From positions 176,724,057 to 176,788,056 of the forward strand of contig NC_092374.1 of NCBI RefSeq assembly GCF_030028105.1: DNA of 64,000 nucleotides, read 5' to 3'. Positions 1-13,786 of this stretch are shown piece by piece. The position numbers and the translations under genes were made by a program. The notes beneath the pieces were generated by a model, which worked only from the letters and a program-made list of their open reading frames with translations, had not been told where the DNA came from and did no database searches. This DNA is from Mobula birostris. Its lineage: Eukaryota. Numbering within the stretch: the stretch's first letter is position 1; the number at the start of each line of letters is the position of its first letter.

Positions 1-463
1 CCTCTTAGTAGATGGCCCAAACTACCACGAAGGAGGGGAGTTGACCGCTAAAGACACCTCAGTGAGAGAGAGGTTGCGGCAGCTGGACCCTGGCGCCGTG
101 GAAGGTGGAGGCAGCCTGTGTGCAGATTATGCGACGTGGTTTAATGTGCTGGATCTGAAGAGTGGATGTTGCCAGATCCCCAGGAGTGCGGCTGTTGAGC
201 CGAAGACGGCCGTTATTAGTTCCCTAGGATTCTTCCAATCCGAAAAGATGCCCAGGGGCACATCCAGAGCCCCTGCATCCTTCCCGCGGGGCATGAGGAC
301 GACCATGGGGGAAGAGAAGGTGTGTGGAGTTTTGACGTCTGTGGATGACCTCCTAGAGCTTGGATTCGCGTGGGGGGACTATACGGCGAGGCGAGGGACT
401 GAGCCCGGGCGACAGAAGCGAAGTGTCAAATGTGGAGGAGTTTTTGGCCGGAGGAGTTTGGTG

Positions 464-1364
464 TGTGACGAGAATACACATAGATTAAGATGTTAGCTGT
501 CCTGTGCTGGCACCAGTGGGATCAGCAATTGGTCTGCCACCTATCTTCAGGAGAAAGATAGATAAGGAAACAATGGAGCAGCATTTGGAGATGTTAATGA
601 AGGGACGGGAGAGTTTAACGGTAGGAGAGCTGTCAAGATCGGCTCCCCCTTTGAACCCTGAACTGTTTGAAGTGATGGACAGGCGATACCCCGCAGGGGG
701 ATAAAAAGGGGCAGGTTCGCTAAGGCAAGACACACACGACACCACGAGGTAACAAGACCCTGGAAGCGGTGCGCCTCCCATAAGTCGGTGGGAAGTTTTG
801 GAGGGCCGGTCGCGGGACCAAGCCATAGACGCACAGGGTGGAAAGGCACGATCGGCGGGAACCTGGTGTGTGTGTCCGCCCTTGCCTGGGTGCCAGGTTC
901 ACCGCAGAGAAACGATCGTATCTGGAAACGGAGGGGTCACGGTCGGTGACCTCAGAAGACATCACAAAGGGCTCGCCCGAAAGCTGACTGCGAAGAATAT
1001 CGAAGGTCTGTGTGGAAGCCGTTTGAATATTCATTCGTTTTGCTCTCTCTCTCCTTCCCCCCACTGTCCATCTCCCACGGCAGTGATTACTACGAACTGA
1101 ACTGAATTCAATTGAACTGAACTTTGCATCACTTTGAAACTGGTCATTTACCCCTAGACGACGATAGAGCTTGATTGATCCTGTTATCCTAATTCTGTGT
1201 ACATGTGTGTTTATCATTGCTGAACTGTTGCATTTATTATCCTTTTGATTAGAGTACTGTGTTGTTTGTTTCTTTAATAAAACTTTCTTAGTTCTAGTAA
1301 TCCAGACTCCAACTGAGTGATCCATTTCTGCTGGTTTGGCAACCCAGTTATGGGGTACGTAACA
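464..1364 (+). mobile_element. Solo LTR (family A, copy 1) with 4-bp TSD GGTG
   Basis: Termini are TGTGAC...GTAACA. GGTG at 460-463 and 1365-1368. AATAAA near 1276. An inverted homologous copy lies at 42616-43456. Confidence 0.92.
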
Positions 1365-2492
1365 GGTGCAATGTGAGAAAAATGACCCGACCTACCAGTT
1401 GAACTTCCTGGTGTTGGAACAGACGGTGGGGAACCTGGGGATGGAAATCCCATTAATGAGACACAGGGGAGAGAGGAGAGTTGCACTGCTGAACTGAGTG
1501 CTCAGAAATGCTGGCCGGAGACTGAGTGCCATGTTTGTGGGACGACCATTGCAGACTTGCAATTCACACTCATCAACGTGGAGAAGGAGCAACAGAATTC
1601 CAAGCCGACACTGCGGTCATGTACTGATGAATTAATCCAGCGAGAAGAAACAATGACCCACCTTCGAAGGGATCAGCAGAAACTCAAGACGTCGATCCAG
1701 AAAAGAATGGAAAAACTGAAAGTTCACCTGGAAGACATCATCAGGAAGAAAAAACTGGAGGCTTAACTTCCTTTAACTGCTGCTTTTCAGGTCAGGGTGG
1801 AAGAAGCTGGTGGGGTAGCTGTGTCCCAGATTGAGATGGCCAAGAGCCCTGAGTCAGAATTGCTGAGGCTGTGGCGAGAGTTGAAGGAGTCCCCGAAGAA
1901 GCAGATGTCTCGACTGCAGGAGGCTGAAGGGTAGCCCCGGCTAAATGTTTCAGTTTGGAGAAACTCAAACAGCCGCTACCGATCGAGGGAATGAGGAAGG
2001 ATACGGATTCGAAGGATGATGTGCTGCACATGTGGTACATGCTGCCTTTCGTTAACTTCCCCGTGATTGAGGAAGAGACCTTTGTTCCTTCTCCCACTGA
2101 ATCAGGTGCAGTGGGGAGGGCTAGCTGTGGGCAGTCTGGGTTACGGCAGGTTCAGGAAGGAAAAGAAGCGGGGCCCCAGATGCGGGACAGGGGGCTCCGA
2201 GCTGTAATGGTGGCCTGAGTGAAAGAGGAGTTGGCAAGCAGGCCCGAGTTATCCCCTAGTAGAGTCTGAGACTTTTGGGTTTAGGTGAGGGGGTACGGAG
2301 GTCTCAGAGGGTTAAGAAGCTCCCAGATAGGTTGACCTATGTAGTGCCCGTGGGATGGGCGTAAGGTCCACTGCTTGGGGAGCACCGTCACTGTGTGTAC
2401 CTGTGTATGTGTGTGTTGTGTGTCTGCAAGACTGGTTGGCAAGTTATTTAGAAGTCATGAGGATATGACTTTATTTGCTGGGGGAGGGAGGG

Positions 2493-3155
2493 TGTAAGGG
2501 GGTTTCGTCTTTTACTGCGTAGGCTAATTAAAATGGCTTCTTTGTTATGTTGTCCTCGGGAATGCTTCTTTGTTATGTTAAATGCTGAGAAAGTCTCTAG
2601 CTAGACAGTGTGCTATTAACCAATTGGGATAGTTGTCATGATTTTGGTGTATCTGGAAGATGTGGATGCGCGGGGTTTGGGGGCAGAAGGCGGGAGAGAG
2701 GGACAGAGGATGAACCAGGTGCTGTGATGTCCGCTAACAGGGTAGGACCCCAAGGAGGGCATTCGGCGAGGAGAGGAGACGGAGGTGGACTCGTGTAGAG
2801 TGTCTGGTCAACCACCGTTGTTGGTCCCAGGGGGCCGGGCGAGGTGGTCTGAGGGGTCGAAGGAAGAAGAAGGGTCTTGAGCTCCAACTTTTTGTGCACG
2901 AAGGATTGAACTTTGATAAGTGTGGTGCCTTTTATTTTCCTTTTATATTTTATTCTCTCTTAATTATATAGTTCCAGTAATATGTATAAACTGTAAATCA
3001 TTTAATCGTATCTGGTGTATTGGGTGTTATTTGGGTGGGGTGGGGTACATCACACAGCATCCACACAAACTAATTACCCAGTTTGCCGGGGTTGAGGGCT
3101 GTTTCCCTAGACGACAGCGAGCCGAGCGACTCTGAGGGTGGCCATGGGGGCTACA
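2493..3155 (+). mobile_element. 3' LTR of the host Gypsy element
   Basis: Starts TGTAAG right after the PPT and ends GCTACA (TGTA/TACA inverted termini). The end position is inferred from the terminal motif only. Confidence 0.65.
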
Positions 3156-4219
3156 TGTCTCAATCAACTCATCTTTGTCATATACTGGAAGTGATAGCAC
3201 ATCATCGAAACAGACATGATTTCAGGCAGAACATAAAATCTTCAGTCAGCACATAAAATGCTTTCACTAGGGCATGTAATTGACTATAGTAAATAAATGA
3301 CGTTATTAAATGAAGGGCATGGTTGGAAAGCAAACTTCACTTGAGAGCATTTTCATTAGGTTGGGGGGTGGGATGGAACAACTTTCCAAGCAAAGGGACA
3401 GATTATTTACAAACAAAATGTATAAGTATTTCCATTCACAGAGGGTGATCAATCTCAGGCACTCTCTATACTGGACATTTGAGGAAGCTAGGCCTCTTCA
3501 TACATGAAAAACAAATGTGATTGTATTGCTGAAAGATGGAGGAATTGAGATTCTTAGGAAACTGGCAAAGAAGCCTAGTTAAGGGTTTGGGCAGATCAGC
3601 CACTAATTGGCAGGCCAAGTTTGATGACCAAATGGCTGACACCTGCTCCTATACTTCTGTATCCTTAAATCCAGGCCTCTGGAACTGAGAGGTAGATGTG
3701 ATTAACTGTTGTTTTACTGGGCTGAATGCTTCATGTAAAAAAAAAAATTAAAGAAAGTGAAAAATAAACAATTCCACCATGTCATATTTAGAAAAAAGGA
3801 TAGTGACTGATACACACTGGGGTGACACTGTAGCACGGCAGGTAGAGCAAGTCTCTCAGTTCCCATAATCAGGCTTCAATCTTCTACAAGAAATCTGAAA
3901 ATACTTAAGAATTTACTGAATCATGCAGAATTGACAAAATCAGAAACAGTTTTAACTTTTCAGACTGCAAAGCTTTTACCAAAACAGAGAAGAAGAAATT
4001 AGTATTTTTTCAGTTGCAGGAGAGGAAGAGGAGAGATGACAGGATAGAGTGAAGCCAGCTTCCTCTTGGGAAAAAAGGTGTTGAAGTCTCCCATTAATCT
4101 ATTCTAATCTCTTTAACTTCCTGCATTAATCCGTTGATTGCACAAAGTTGTAGAGGAGGTCACCCATTCAGAGGGTTTGGGAGAGAGAGAGTAAGAGAGA
4201 TAAAGGAACCAGGATTGTA

Positions 4220-5700
4220 AAGACCGTAAGATATAGGAGCAGAGGTAGGTCATTTGGCCCATCAGGTCTGCTCTGCCATTCAATCATGGGCTGATCTAAT
4301 TCTTCCAGTCATCCCCACTCCCCTGCCTTCACCCCATACCCTTTGATGCTCTGACTAATCAAGAACCTATCTATTTTTGCCTTAAATAGACCCACTGACT
4401 TGGCCTCCACAGCCGCTTGTGACAACAAATTTCACAGATTTACCACCCTCTGACTAAAGTAATTTCTCTGCATCTCAGTTCTAAAAGAACATCCTTCAAT
4501 CCTGAAGTCGTGCCCTCTTGTCCTAGAATCTCCTATCATAGGAAATAACTTTGCCATACCTAATCTGTTCAGGCCTTTTAACATTCGGAATGTTTCTATG
4601 AGATCCCCCATCATTCTCCTGAACTCCAGGGAATACAGGCCAAGAGTTGCCAGATGTTCCTTATACAGTAACCCTTTTACTCCTGGAATCATTCTTGTGA
4701 ATCTTCTGTCAACCCTCTCCAATGTCAGTATATCTTCCAGGTACTCTGTAATCTCATCCCTAACAATCGATTCCAATACTTCCCAACCACTAATGTCAGG
4801 CTAACAGGTCTATAGTTTCCTTTTTGCTGCCTCCCACCCTTCCTAAATAGCAGAGTAACATTTGCAATTTTCTAGTCATCTTGTACAATGCCAGAATCTA
4901 TCAATTCTTGAAAAATCATCGTCAATGCTTCCACAATCTCTCCAGCTAATTCCTTCAGAACCCGAGGGAGCATTCTATCAGATCCAGGAGATTTATCCAC
5001 CCTCCCATTAAGTTTCCTGAGCACCTTCTTAGTCGTAATTTTCACTGCACAAACTTCACTTCCCTGACACTCTTGAATGTCCAGTATACTTCAGACATCT
5101 TTCACTGTGAAGATTGATGCAAAATACACATTCAGTTCCTCTACCATTTCTGCACCTCTCATTAAGATATCTCCAATGTCATTTTTATTGATCTTATATC
5201 TTCCCTCAACTCTCTTTTATCCTTTATATACTTAAAAAAAACTTTTAGTACATTCTTTTACTATCAGTCATCAGCTTTCCCTCATAATTCATCTTTTCCT
5301 TCCAAATGTCCGACTTAGTTTCCTTTTGCAAGTTTTTAAAAACTCCCCAATCCTTTATCTTCCCACTAGCTCTGGCTTCCTTGTATGCCCTCTCTTTTGC
5401 TTTTACTTTGGCTCTGACTTCACTTGCAAGTCACGGTAATATCCTTCTTTGAAAATTTCTTCTTTTATTTGCACTATATCTGTCTTGCACTTCCATCGTT
5501 TTTCACAGAAACTCCAGTCATTGCTGCCCTGCTGTCTTTCCTGCAAATATCCCTTTCCAGTCAACTTTGGCCAGGTCCCCTGTCATGCCATTGTAATTTC
5601 CTTTATTCACTGGAATACTGACACATTGGATTTTATTTTTTCCCCCTCAGATTTCAATGTTAACTCGATCATATTGTGATCACGGTTCCCCAAGGGTTCC
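4220..5700 (-). mobile_element. CR1 LINE fragment (ORF2, internally deleted, with 3' end)
   Basis: ORF 4432-4776 (RRFTRMIPG...LGLYSLEFRRM.GDLIET) is the CR1 ORF2 C-terminus, fused to an upstream RT start. Confidence 0.85.
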
Positions 5701-6136
5701 ATGCTGCTCTATAAGGACTTGAGCAGTCAGTCAGTCAGTCACTGGTCAATAACTTTCAGTAGGAATGGCCAATTCTGATACAGTCAGAAAAAGTAAACTA
5801 CCTTAAAACTGAGCATCAGATATTGAGTTTGGAATGCTACAACAAGCACAGAAGGAAAATAAGCAGCTGCTCACAAGTTTACATTGTCCTTGCGGTCACA
5901 GTGCAAGAGGTCATATAATGGACGACTGTAGAATGGAGAATCTCAGCGCAGGTGCGAACAAGCAAGAGGAAAGTAGCAATGACTCTAATAGGAGTATTCT
6001 ATGCTTACCCCAGAGAAACAGATCAGAATGAAAATTAATATCATCAGCATATGTTGTGAAATTTGATAACTATATGGCAGCAGTACAATAAAATGTGGTA
6101 AATGTAGAGAAAAATCTGAGTTACATTAATTATATG

Positions 6137-8265
6137 CAGAGCATATAAAAAGTATTCACACCTCTTGGAAGTTTTCTTGTTTTATAGCATTGAATCACAA
6201 TGGATTTACTTACGCTTTTTTCACACTGATCAACAGAAAAGACACTTTCCTGTGAACGTGAAACAAATTTCAACAAATTGGTCTAAATGTATTGCAATTA
6301 TTAAACATTAAATAATTGATTGCATAATTACTCACCCTTTTCAAGTCAGTATTTGGTAGATGCACCTTTGGCACCAATTGCAGTTTTGATTCTGTGTGGA
6401 TAGGTCTCTATCAGCTTTGCACATCTGGACACTGCAATTTTTCCTCGCCCTTCTTAATAAAACTACTCAAGCTCTGTCAGATTGCATGGAGATCGTGAGA
6501 GAACAGCCACTTCAAGTCCAGCCACGAATTTTCAATTGGATTGAGGTCTGCACTGATTTGGCCACTCCAGGACATTGACTTTGTTGTTTCTAAGCCATTC
6601 CTGTGTAGCTTTGACTCTATGCTTTGGATTATTGTTTTGCTGGAAAACAAATCTTTTCCCAAGTCGCAGTTCTCTTGCAGACTGCAATAGGTTTTCCTCC
6701 AGGATTGCCCTGTATTTTCCTGCATTCATTTTACCCTCTAACTTCACGTTTTTCAGGGCCTGCTGCAGTGAAATATCCCCACAGCATGACGCAGCCACCA
6801 ACTTCCTTCACAGAAGGGATGCTGTGTTTCTGGTGATGTGCGGTGTTTGCAATGCTAAACATGGTATTTAGTCTGATGGCCAAGAAGCTCAATTTTGCTT
6901 TCATCAAACCATAGAACCTTCTTCTGGCTGACTTCAGAGTATTACACATACCTTCCGGCAAACTCTAGCCAAGGTTTCATGTGAGTTTTTCCCCTCATTA
7001 GTGGCTTTTCCTTTGCCACTCTCCCATAAAGCTGTGACTGGTGAGGTACAGTTGAGGGCAATTGGTGATGTATGCGCAGGCTTTCCCATCTTAGCCACTG
7101 AAGCTTGTAACAACTCCAGAGTTGGCAAAGGTCTTTTGGATGCCTTCCCCACTTTTCTCCCTCTTGCATGTTCACTCAGTTTTTGAGGATGGCTTGTTCT
7201 AGACATATTTACTGTTGTACTATATTCTTTCCATTTCTTGATGATTGACTTAGCTATACTCCAAGTGATTTGGAAATTTTCTTGAATCAAGCTCCTGACT
7301 TCTGCTTTTCAGTATCCTTTCTGTGGAGTTGCTTGGAGTGCTCTTTTGTCTTCATGGTGCAGTGTTTGCCAGGAGACTGACTCTCCAGTAGTTGAGCATA
7401 GAACATAGAAATTTACAGCACATAACAGGCCCTTTGGCCCATAATGTTGTGCCAGCTATGTAACCTAATTTAGAGATTACCTAGAATTTCCCTAGAGCAT
7501 AGCCCTCTATTTTTCTAAGCTCCATATACATATCCAAGAGGCTGTGAATAGAATCTATTGTATCCACTTCCACTGCCGAGATTGCATTCCACGCACTGCT
7601 ACTCTCTGTGTGAAAAACTCACCCTGACGTCCCCTCAATACCCATTTCCAAACACTTTAAAACTATGTCCCCTCGTGTTAGTCATTTCAACCCTAGGAAA
7701 AAGCCTTTGGCTAGCCACATGATCAATGCCCCTCATCATCTTGTACACCTTTATCAATCACCTTTCATCCTCCGTCACTACAAGGAGAAAGGGCCAAGTA
7801 CACTCAATCTACTGGCATAAGCTATGCCCTCCAATCCAGGCAACATCCTTGTAAACCTCCTCTGCACTCTTTCTACAGTATCCACACCCTTCCAGTAGTG
7901 AGGTGACAAGAACTGAGCACAGTACTCCAAGTGGAGACCCTCCAGATACAGGTGTATTCTTACTATAATCAATTTAAACACTTTGACTGCACACAACCTG
8001 ATATATAGCTAGGACACCTAATTAATTATGTGACTTCTAAAACCAATTGACTGCACAAGTGATGGTTTGGTGTGTCATATTAAAGGTGGTGAATACTCAG
8101 GCAATTAGTTTGTGTTTTATATTTGTAATTAATTTAGACCACTTTGTATAGATCCATTTTCACTTCGAAGTGAAAGAGCTGTTTTCTATTGATCAGTGTC
8201 AAAAAAAGCAAATTAAATTCTCTGTGATTCAATGTTGTAAAACAGTAAGACATGAAAACTTCCAA
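6137..8265 (-). mobile_element. Tc1/mariner DNA transposon, degenerate, with long inverted repeats and a CR1 insertion
   Basis: Transposase fragments FQQNNNPKH, WSGQISADLNPIENSW (WPSQSPDLNPIE motif) and MLWGYF. Inverted termini GGAAGTTTTC...TGAATCACA and TGTGATTCA...GAAAACTTCC. Confidence 0.88.
7400..7945 (-). mobile_element. CR1 LINE 3' fragment nested in the Tc1 element
   Basis: LEYCAQFLSPHY..VERVQRRFTRMLPG (ORF 7778-7996) and an AGAACATAGAA-type tail near 7400. Confidence 0.85.
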
Positions 8266-8879
8266 GAGAAGAGATTACTGTGCCTTTGATGATTATTTTT
8301 ATGCCTTCAGTGACCACAGGAGCAGTAGCAGAAGATTAGAAGATGGCAAATGTTATTCCTTTGTTCAAGATAGGGAGTCTGGGAATTAGATACCAATAGG
8401 TCTTAATTCAGCAGTAGGCAGATATTTGGATAAAATTCTTGGATACAGGATTTATGAGCTCTGGAGAAGCATATTCTGATTAGCGATAGTCAGCATAGCT
8501 TTCCAGAAGTCAGATAGTAGGCAGAAGTCGTGGTACATATTGGTTCCCACGACATAGGCAGAAATAAGGGAGGAGATCCTGATAAAAGAATAAATGGAGT
8601 TAGGAAGAAAGCTGAGAAGCAGGACCTCAAGAGTAGTATTCTCATCATTGTTGCCTGTATCATGCATCAATGATGACAGGAATAGAATACGGTAGCAGAT
8701 AAATGTGTGACTGAAGAGTTGGAGTGGAGGCAGGGATTCAGATTTCTGGATATCTGGGAGCTCTTCTATTGAATGTCTATGAGATGGTTTTTTAAAGCAT
8801 CTTGTGCTTGCACCTACTCGGGAAAGACCATTGTAGATTGGCTGTTGTGTAATAACCCAGATCTTATTAGGGAGCTTCA

Positions 8880-9830
8880 TGTCAAGGCAATGATCACTTG
8901 TTCTGCTTGCAAGGATAAGTGCCAGGAGGAAGATCAGTGGGGAGGGACGAAGGTTTGTTGCCCCCATAATCTTATTTTTACTATGGATGTCCAGTCCCTA
9001 TGCACCTCCATACTGCACCAGGAACACCTCAAAACTCTGTCTCTTTCTGGACATCAGACACAACCAATTTGCCTCCACCATCACTCTGCTCCATCTAGCG
9101 TCCCTCCTAGTACTTATCCTTGTAAGCAGAACAAGTGCTACACCTGCCCCAACAACTCCTCTCTCACTACCATTCAGGGCCCCAGACAGTCCTTCCAGGT
9201 GAGATGACACTTCACCTGCGAGCCTGTTGGGATCATATAGTGTGTTCAGTGTTCCTGGGGTGGCCTGCTGTATATCAGTGAGACCCAATGAAGATTGAGA
9301 GCACCTACACTCCATCCACCAGAAGAAGCAGGACTTCTCAGTGCCCATATATTTTCATTTCACTTCCCATTCCAACATGTCAATCCATGGCTTCCCGTAC
9401 TGTCGCGATGAGCCCACACTCAGGTTGGAGGAACAACACGTTATATGCCATTTGGGTAGCCTCCAACCTGATGGTACGAACATCTATTTCCCTCTCTCAC
9501 CTTACCTCCTTGACTGCCCATCACCACCCTCTGGTGCTCCTCCCCACTTTTCTTTCTTCCATGGCTTTCTGTTCTCTCCTATCAGACTCTTCCTTCTCCA
9601 GACCTGCATCTCTTTCACCAATCAACTTCCCAGCTTTTTACTTCATCACTTCCCCTCCCAGTTTCACCTATCAGCTTGTGTTTCTCTCTCCCCTGCCCCC
9701 ACCTTTTACATCTACTCCTCATCTATTTTTTTTCCAGTACTGCTGAAGCATCTTGGCCCACTTATTTTTATTCCATAGATGCTGACTTCCTCCAGCATTA
9801 TGTGTGTGTTCTTTGGATTTCAGCATTTGC
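8880..9830 (+). mobile_element. Penelope-like element (PLE) fragment, GIY-YIG region and pseudo-LTR
   Basis: CKQNKCYTCP..SSLTTIQGPRQSFQVR and CRDEPTLRLEEQH motifs, shared with the other PLE copies in the window. Confidence 0.8.
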
Positions 9831-9849
9831 AGATTTTCTTTTGTTAATG

Positions 9850-11595
9850 ATGCAAGTGAAGTAGTAATTGGGGACAAAGAAATGACAGACAAACCTAATG
9901 AGTACTTTGCATCTGTCTTCACTGTGGAAGACACTAGCAGTACGCCAATGGTCCAGGGTGCAGAAGTGAGTGCCATTGCTGTTACAAAGGAAAAAGTGTG
10001 AGGCAAACTCAATGGTTTTAAGGTGGATAAGTGAACTGAACCAGATGGACTACATCCCAGAGAGCTGCAAGAGGTTGATGAAGAGATAGCAGATGCATTG
10101 GTCATGATCTTTCAAGAATCACTTGATCCTGGTATAGTCCTGGAGGGCTGGAAGATTGCAAATGTCATTCCACTCTTTAAGAATGGAGGAAGGCAAAAGA
10201 AAGATAATTATAGGCCATTTAACCTAACCTCAGTGGTTGGGAAAGTGTTGGAGACTATTACCAAGGATGAGGTTTCAGGGAACTTGGAGACTGATGATAA
10301 AATAAGTCAAAGTCAGCATAATTTCTGTGAAGGGAAACCTTGCCTGACAAATCTGTTAGACTCTTTGAGGAAGTAACAAGCAGATTGGTCAAATGAGATG
10401 CAGTGGATGTCACTTAATTAGAATTTCAGAAGGCACTTGATAAGATGCCATACATGAGGCTGCTTAAGATGATAAAATCCTGTGGCATTGGAGGAAAGTT
10501 ACTGGCATGAATGGCTGACAGACAGGAGGCAGTGAGTGGGAATAAAAGGAGATTTTTCTGGTTGTCTGCTAGTGTTAGTAGAGTTTCTCAGGAACCCATA
10601 TCAGGACTGTTACTTTTCACATTGTTTGTCATTGATTTGGATAATGGAATTGATGTCTGTTTGGCAAAGTCTGCATATGATACAAAGATAGGTGGTGGGG
10701 TAGGTAGCGCTGAGGAAGCAATGCGACTGCAACAGGAATTAGACAAGGTAGAACAGGTAAAAAGGTTGCAGATGGAATATACTGTTGGGAGATGTATGAT
10801 ACTGTATTTTGGTAAAAAGAGCAATAGTGCAGACTATTATCTAAATGGGGAGAATGTTCAAACATCAGAGGTGCAGAGGAACTTGGGAGTCCTCATCCAA
10901 GACTCCCAGAAGGTTAACTTACAGGTTGAGTCTTTGGTAAAGAAGACAAATGTAATGTTGACATTTATTTCAAGGGGAATAGAATATGAAAACAAGGAGA
11001 TAATGCTGAGCCTTAAGACATTGGTCAGGCTGCATTTGGATTCCTGTCAACAGTTTTGGTCCCCATATCTCAGAAAGGATGTGTTGTCATTGGAGAGAGA
11101 CCAAAGGAGGTAAACAAAGATGATGCACGGAATGAACAGGTTAACATTTGAGGAGCATATGGCAGCTTTAGATCTGTACTCACTGGAATTTAGAAGAATG
11201 CATGGGGATCTCATTGCAACCTACCGAATGTTGAAAAGATTAGATAGGATGGATGTAGAGAGGAAATTTCCAATGGTGGGGGCATCTAGAACTAGAGAAC
11301 ACAGCCTCAAATTGATGGGCAATGTTTTGAGCAGAGTTAAGGAGGAAGGTTTCTTAGCCAGAGAGCAGTGAATCTGCAAAAATGCTCTGTCTCCACTGTG
11401 GTAGAGGCCAAGTCCATGGCTATATATTTAAGGCAGAAGTTCATTATTTCCTGATCAGTCGGGGCATCAAAGGATATGGTGAGAAGGCAGGTGTATGGGG
11501 TTGAATAGGATTTGGGATCAGCCACGACGGAATAGTGGAGCAAACTCGATGGGCTAAATGACCTTATTCTGCTCCTATATCTTATTGCCTTATTG
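9850..11595 (+). mobile_element. CR1 LINE ORF2 (RT), degenerate
   Basis: WKIANVIPLFK..NYRP..LTSVVGK; AYDTKIGG (FADD-equivalent); 3' CR1 UTR. Confidence 0.88.
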
Positions 11596-11609
11596 AATTC
11601 ATCGAGGAT

Positions 11610-12690
11610 ACGACAAAGCATTGACGAAAGTAATATAGCAGAAGTCGTGTGTATAGAATGTACTAATACATTGGATAAGGCTGCAGAAAAGTCATTCAGA
11701 AATTCAGGAGGCCTTGGATCCTATAAAACGTGTCTGTGTGGATTCAGAGATGTCTTACCACACCCCTGCTCTTTGTGATTGTTATAATTGACTTAGATGA
11801 AGTGAAAGGTTTGGTTAGCAGATTTGCAGATGACCCAGAGTTTGTTGGAGTTGTGAATAGTAATGCATGTTATAATGGACATAAACAGGATGCAGAGCTG
11901 GGTTCAGAGTTGCAGATGGAGTTCAACCCAGAAAAATGCAAATTGATTCATTTTGGAAATTCAAATTTGGAGGCAAACACAGTTGCAACATGTTTGCCAG
12001 TGTGGAAAAGTGAAGGAAACTTGGAGTCCTTGCCTATTGATCCCTCAAAGTACCCACAAAATTTGATAGGGTAAAAAGGTGTACCGTGCATTGGGATTCA
12101 TCAGTGAGGGGAATAGGTTCAAGAGCCATGAAGTAATTTTGCAGTTCTATAAAACCCTGATTATGAGACCACACTTGGATTTTTCTGTTCATTTCTGGTC
12201 ATCTCATTATACGAAGGATGTGTAAGATTTAGAAAGATTCACCAGGACTCTGCCAGGATTAGAGCACTTGTCTTGCAGGGATAGTTTGAGTGAGCTAGGG
12301 TTTTTCTCTTGGAACAAAGCTGGATGAGAGGCAACTGGTTAGAGGTATACAAGAGGATGATAGAGGTGTACATCGAATGAATATGCAAAGTTTCTTTTTC
12401 CCAGGGTGGAAATGGCTATAAGGGGGCATTATTTTAAGGCAACTGGAGGAATGTACAGGAGGGATGTCAGTGAATTATTTAAAAAAAAAAATGTGAGTAG
12501 CGAGTGCATGGTGGTAGAGGCAGACACATTAGTTATGATTAGAATTTCTTAGGTAGCTACATGGATGATAGAAAATGGACAGCTATGTGGGAGGGATGAG
12601 ATAGATTGATCTTAGAGTAGATTAAAATGTCGGTACAACATTGTGAGTCAAAGGGTTGGGACTGTGGTGTAGGTTTCTTCATTTTATGTT
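11610..12690 (+). mobile_element. CR1 LINE RT fragment, older
   Basis: VSRFADD...QMEFNPEKCKLIHFG (ORF 11730-12074). Confidence 0.8.
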
Positions 12691-13305
12691 CCAGTACATG
12701 ACTGGAAGTGCATTAATCCCTCCTGCCTCTGTCCATTGGCAGTGGGAAGGGAAGATATAAAATGATGTGCTGCATGTGTCCTGATGAGTTGAGTGGGTGG
12801 TGGGGTCAACAGAGCAGACCATAGACTTGCACATGGAATAACCACTGCAAAAGACTGAATGGGGAATGGAATGAAATGAGAGAAAAAAAAAAGTTTAGTG
12901 GTAGAATCCTGTTGAATATGACAGGAAGTGTTGAAAGAGAAGACTGGAGGGGTTGTAGGTGAGTTCCAGGGCGAGCCTATGGTCGCTATGCCAAAGAGGA
13001 GATGCAGTTAGAATGGAATAGCAAAATATAGATATAATGTCATCAGCTGTTCTTTCAGCTACCATCAAGGGAATCCACAGTTCATGAAGGACAACATCCT
13101 TTGCTCTTCATATGGAGTTTACACCCACTTTCTGTCACTGAGTGGGTTTCCTCCAGGTGATCCACCACACATAGCAAACGTATGCCAGATCACATTCTTC
13201 TCACTCATAAGGAAATAGGAAATGAGTGTGTTCAGGTTACAAGTAATAAAGAAACATGACTCAACACATACAATCACAAAACAATGCATTCTGCCCTGAA
13301 CTCAC

Positions 13306-13581
13306 CTTTTCGGGTCAGGTATGTTTTTCCAACTGCATAATAGTCCTTGCATAGTCGCACACAGTCCTTTTCTAACAAGTTCTTGAAATATTTGTTCATT
13401 CTTTCATTTTTATCCCATTTCTTTTTGAAGGGCTGAAATACTGGATCATGTACAATCCACTCCAGTTTGTCTTTATCAAAGCTAAGTATGTATTTTCCAT
13501 CGTAAGCCAACTTCAGTATCCCTATGTTGGGACTATGATCATTCAGCTGACAACCAAACTGCCCTTGTAAGTAGTGATAAC
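13306..13581 (-). CDS. MHC class I heavy chain alpha2-domain exon (non-classical-like)
   Basis: 276-bp open exon, acceptor ttctttcAG|GT TAT CAC and donor AAAAG|GTGAGT, phase 1/1. Encodes GYHYLQGQFGCQL...AYDGKYI...KKKWD...LLEKDCVRLCKDYYAVGKTYLTRK, with the C101/C164 disulfide pair, H93, D119, W147 and Y171 (HLA numbering by manual alignment). Confidence 0.93.
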
Positions 13582-13786
13582 CTGAAAGAAAATTAATCAT
13601 TCATTAACTATTACATCTGGACAATATATGAGCACCTGGGTTAAAACACAAACCTTCCCCCCTGCCAGCCCCATGGAGAATGTTCAACTTCACACAGATA
13701 ATCCTTTCATATTAAGAATGAGAACCAATTTAAGTACCTGATATAAACATTAAACACAAAATAATCTGCAGATGCTGGGGTCAAAG

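Larger units (their letters stand above)
1..3155 (+). mobile_element. Internally deleted Ty3/Gypsy LTR retrotransposon (RT fragment, 3' region, PPT, 3' LTR), interrupted by a solo LTR
   Basis: ORF 41-496 has [12 protein letters not shown]...KTA....LGFFQ.EKMP.G, a Gypsy RT motif, with a degenerate YxDD (SVDDL). An integrase-tail-like motif RSQRVKKLPDRLTY lies near 2300-2345. The polypurine tract GGGGGAGGGAGGG (2480-2492) directly precedes TGTAAG. Confidence 0.8.

Noticed and set aside
485-1325. Several overlapping ORFs (and their mirrors at 42613-43535)
   Set aside because: They lie within the solo LTRs and are not conserved in frame between the two copies.
3820-3885. tRNA-like sequence (also ~63325)
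   Set aside because: Only an A-box-like SINE head; no complete cloverleaf.
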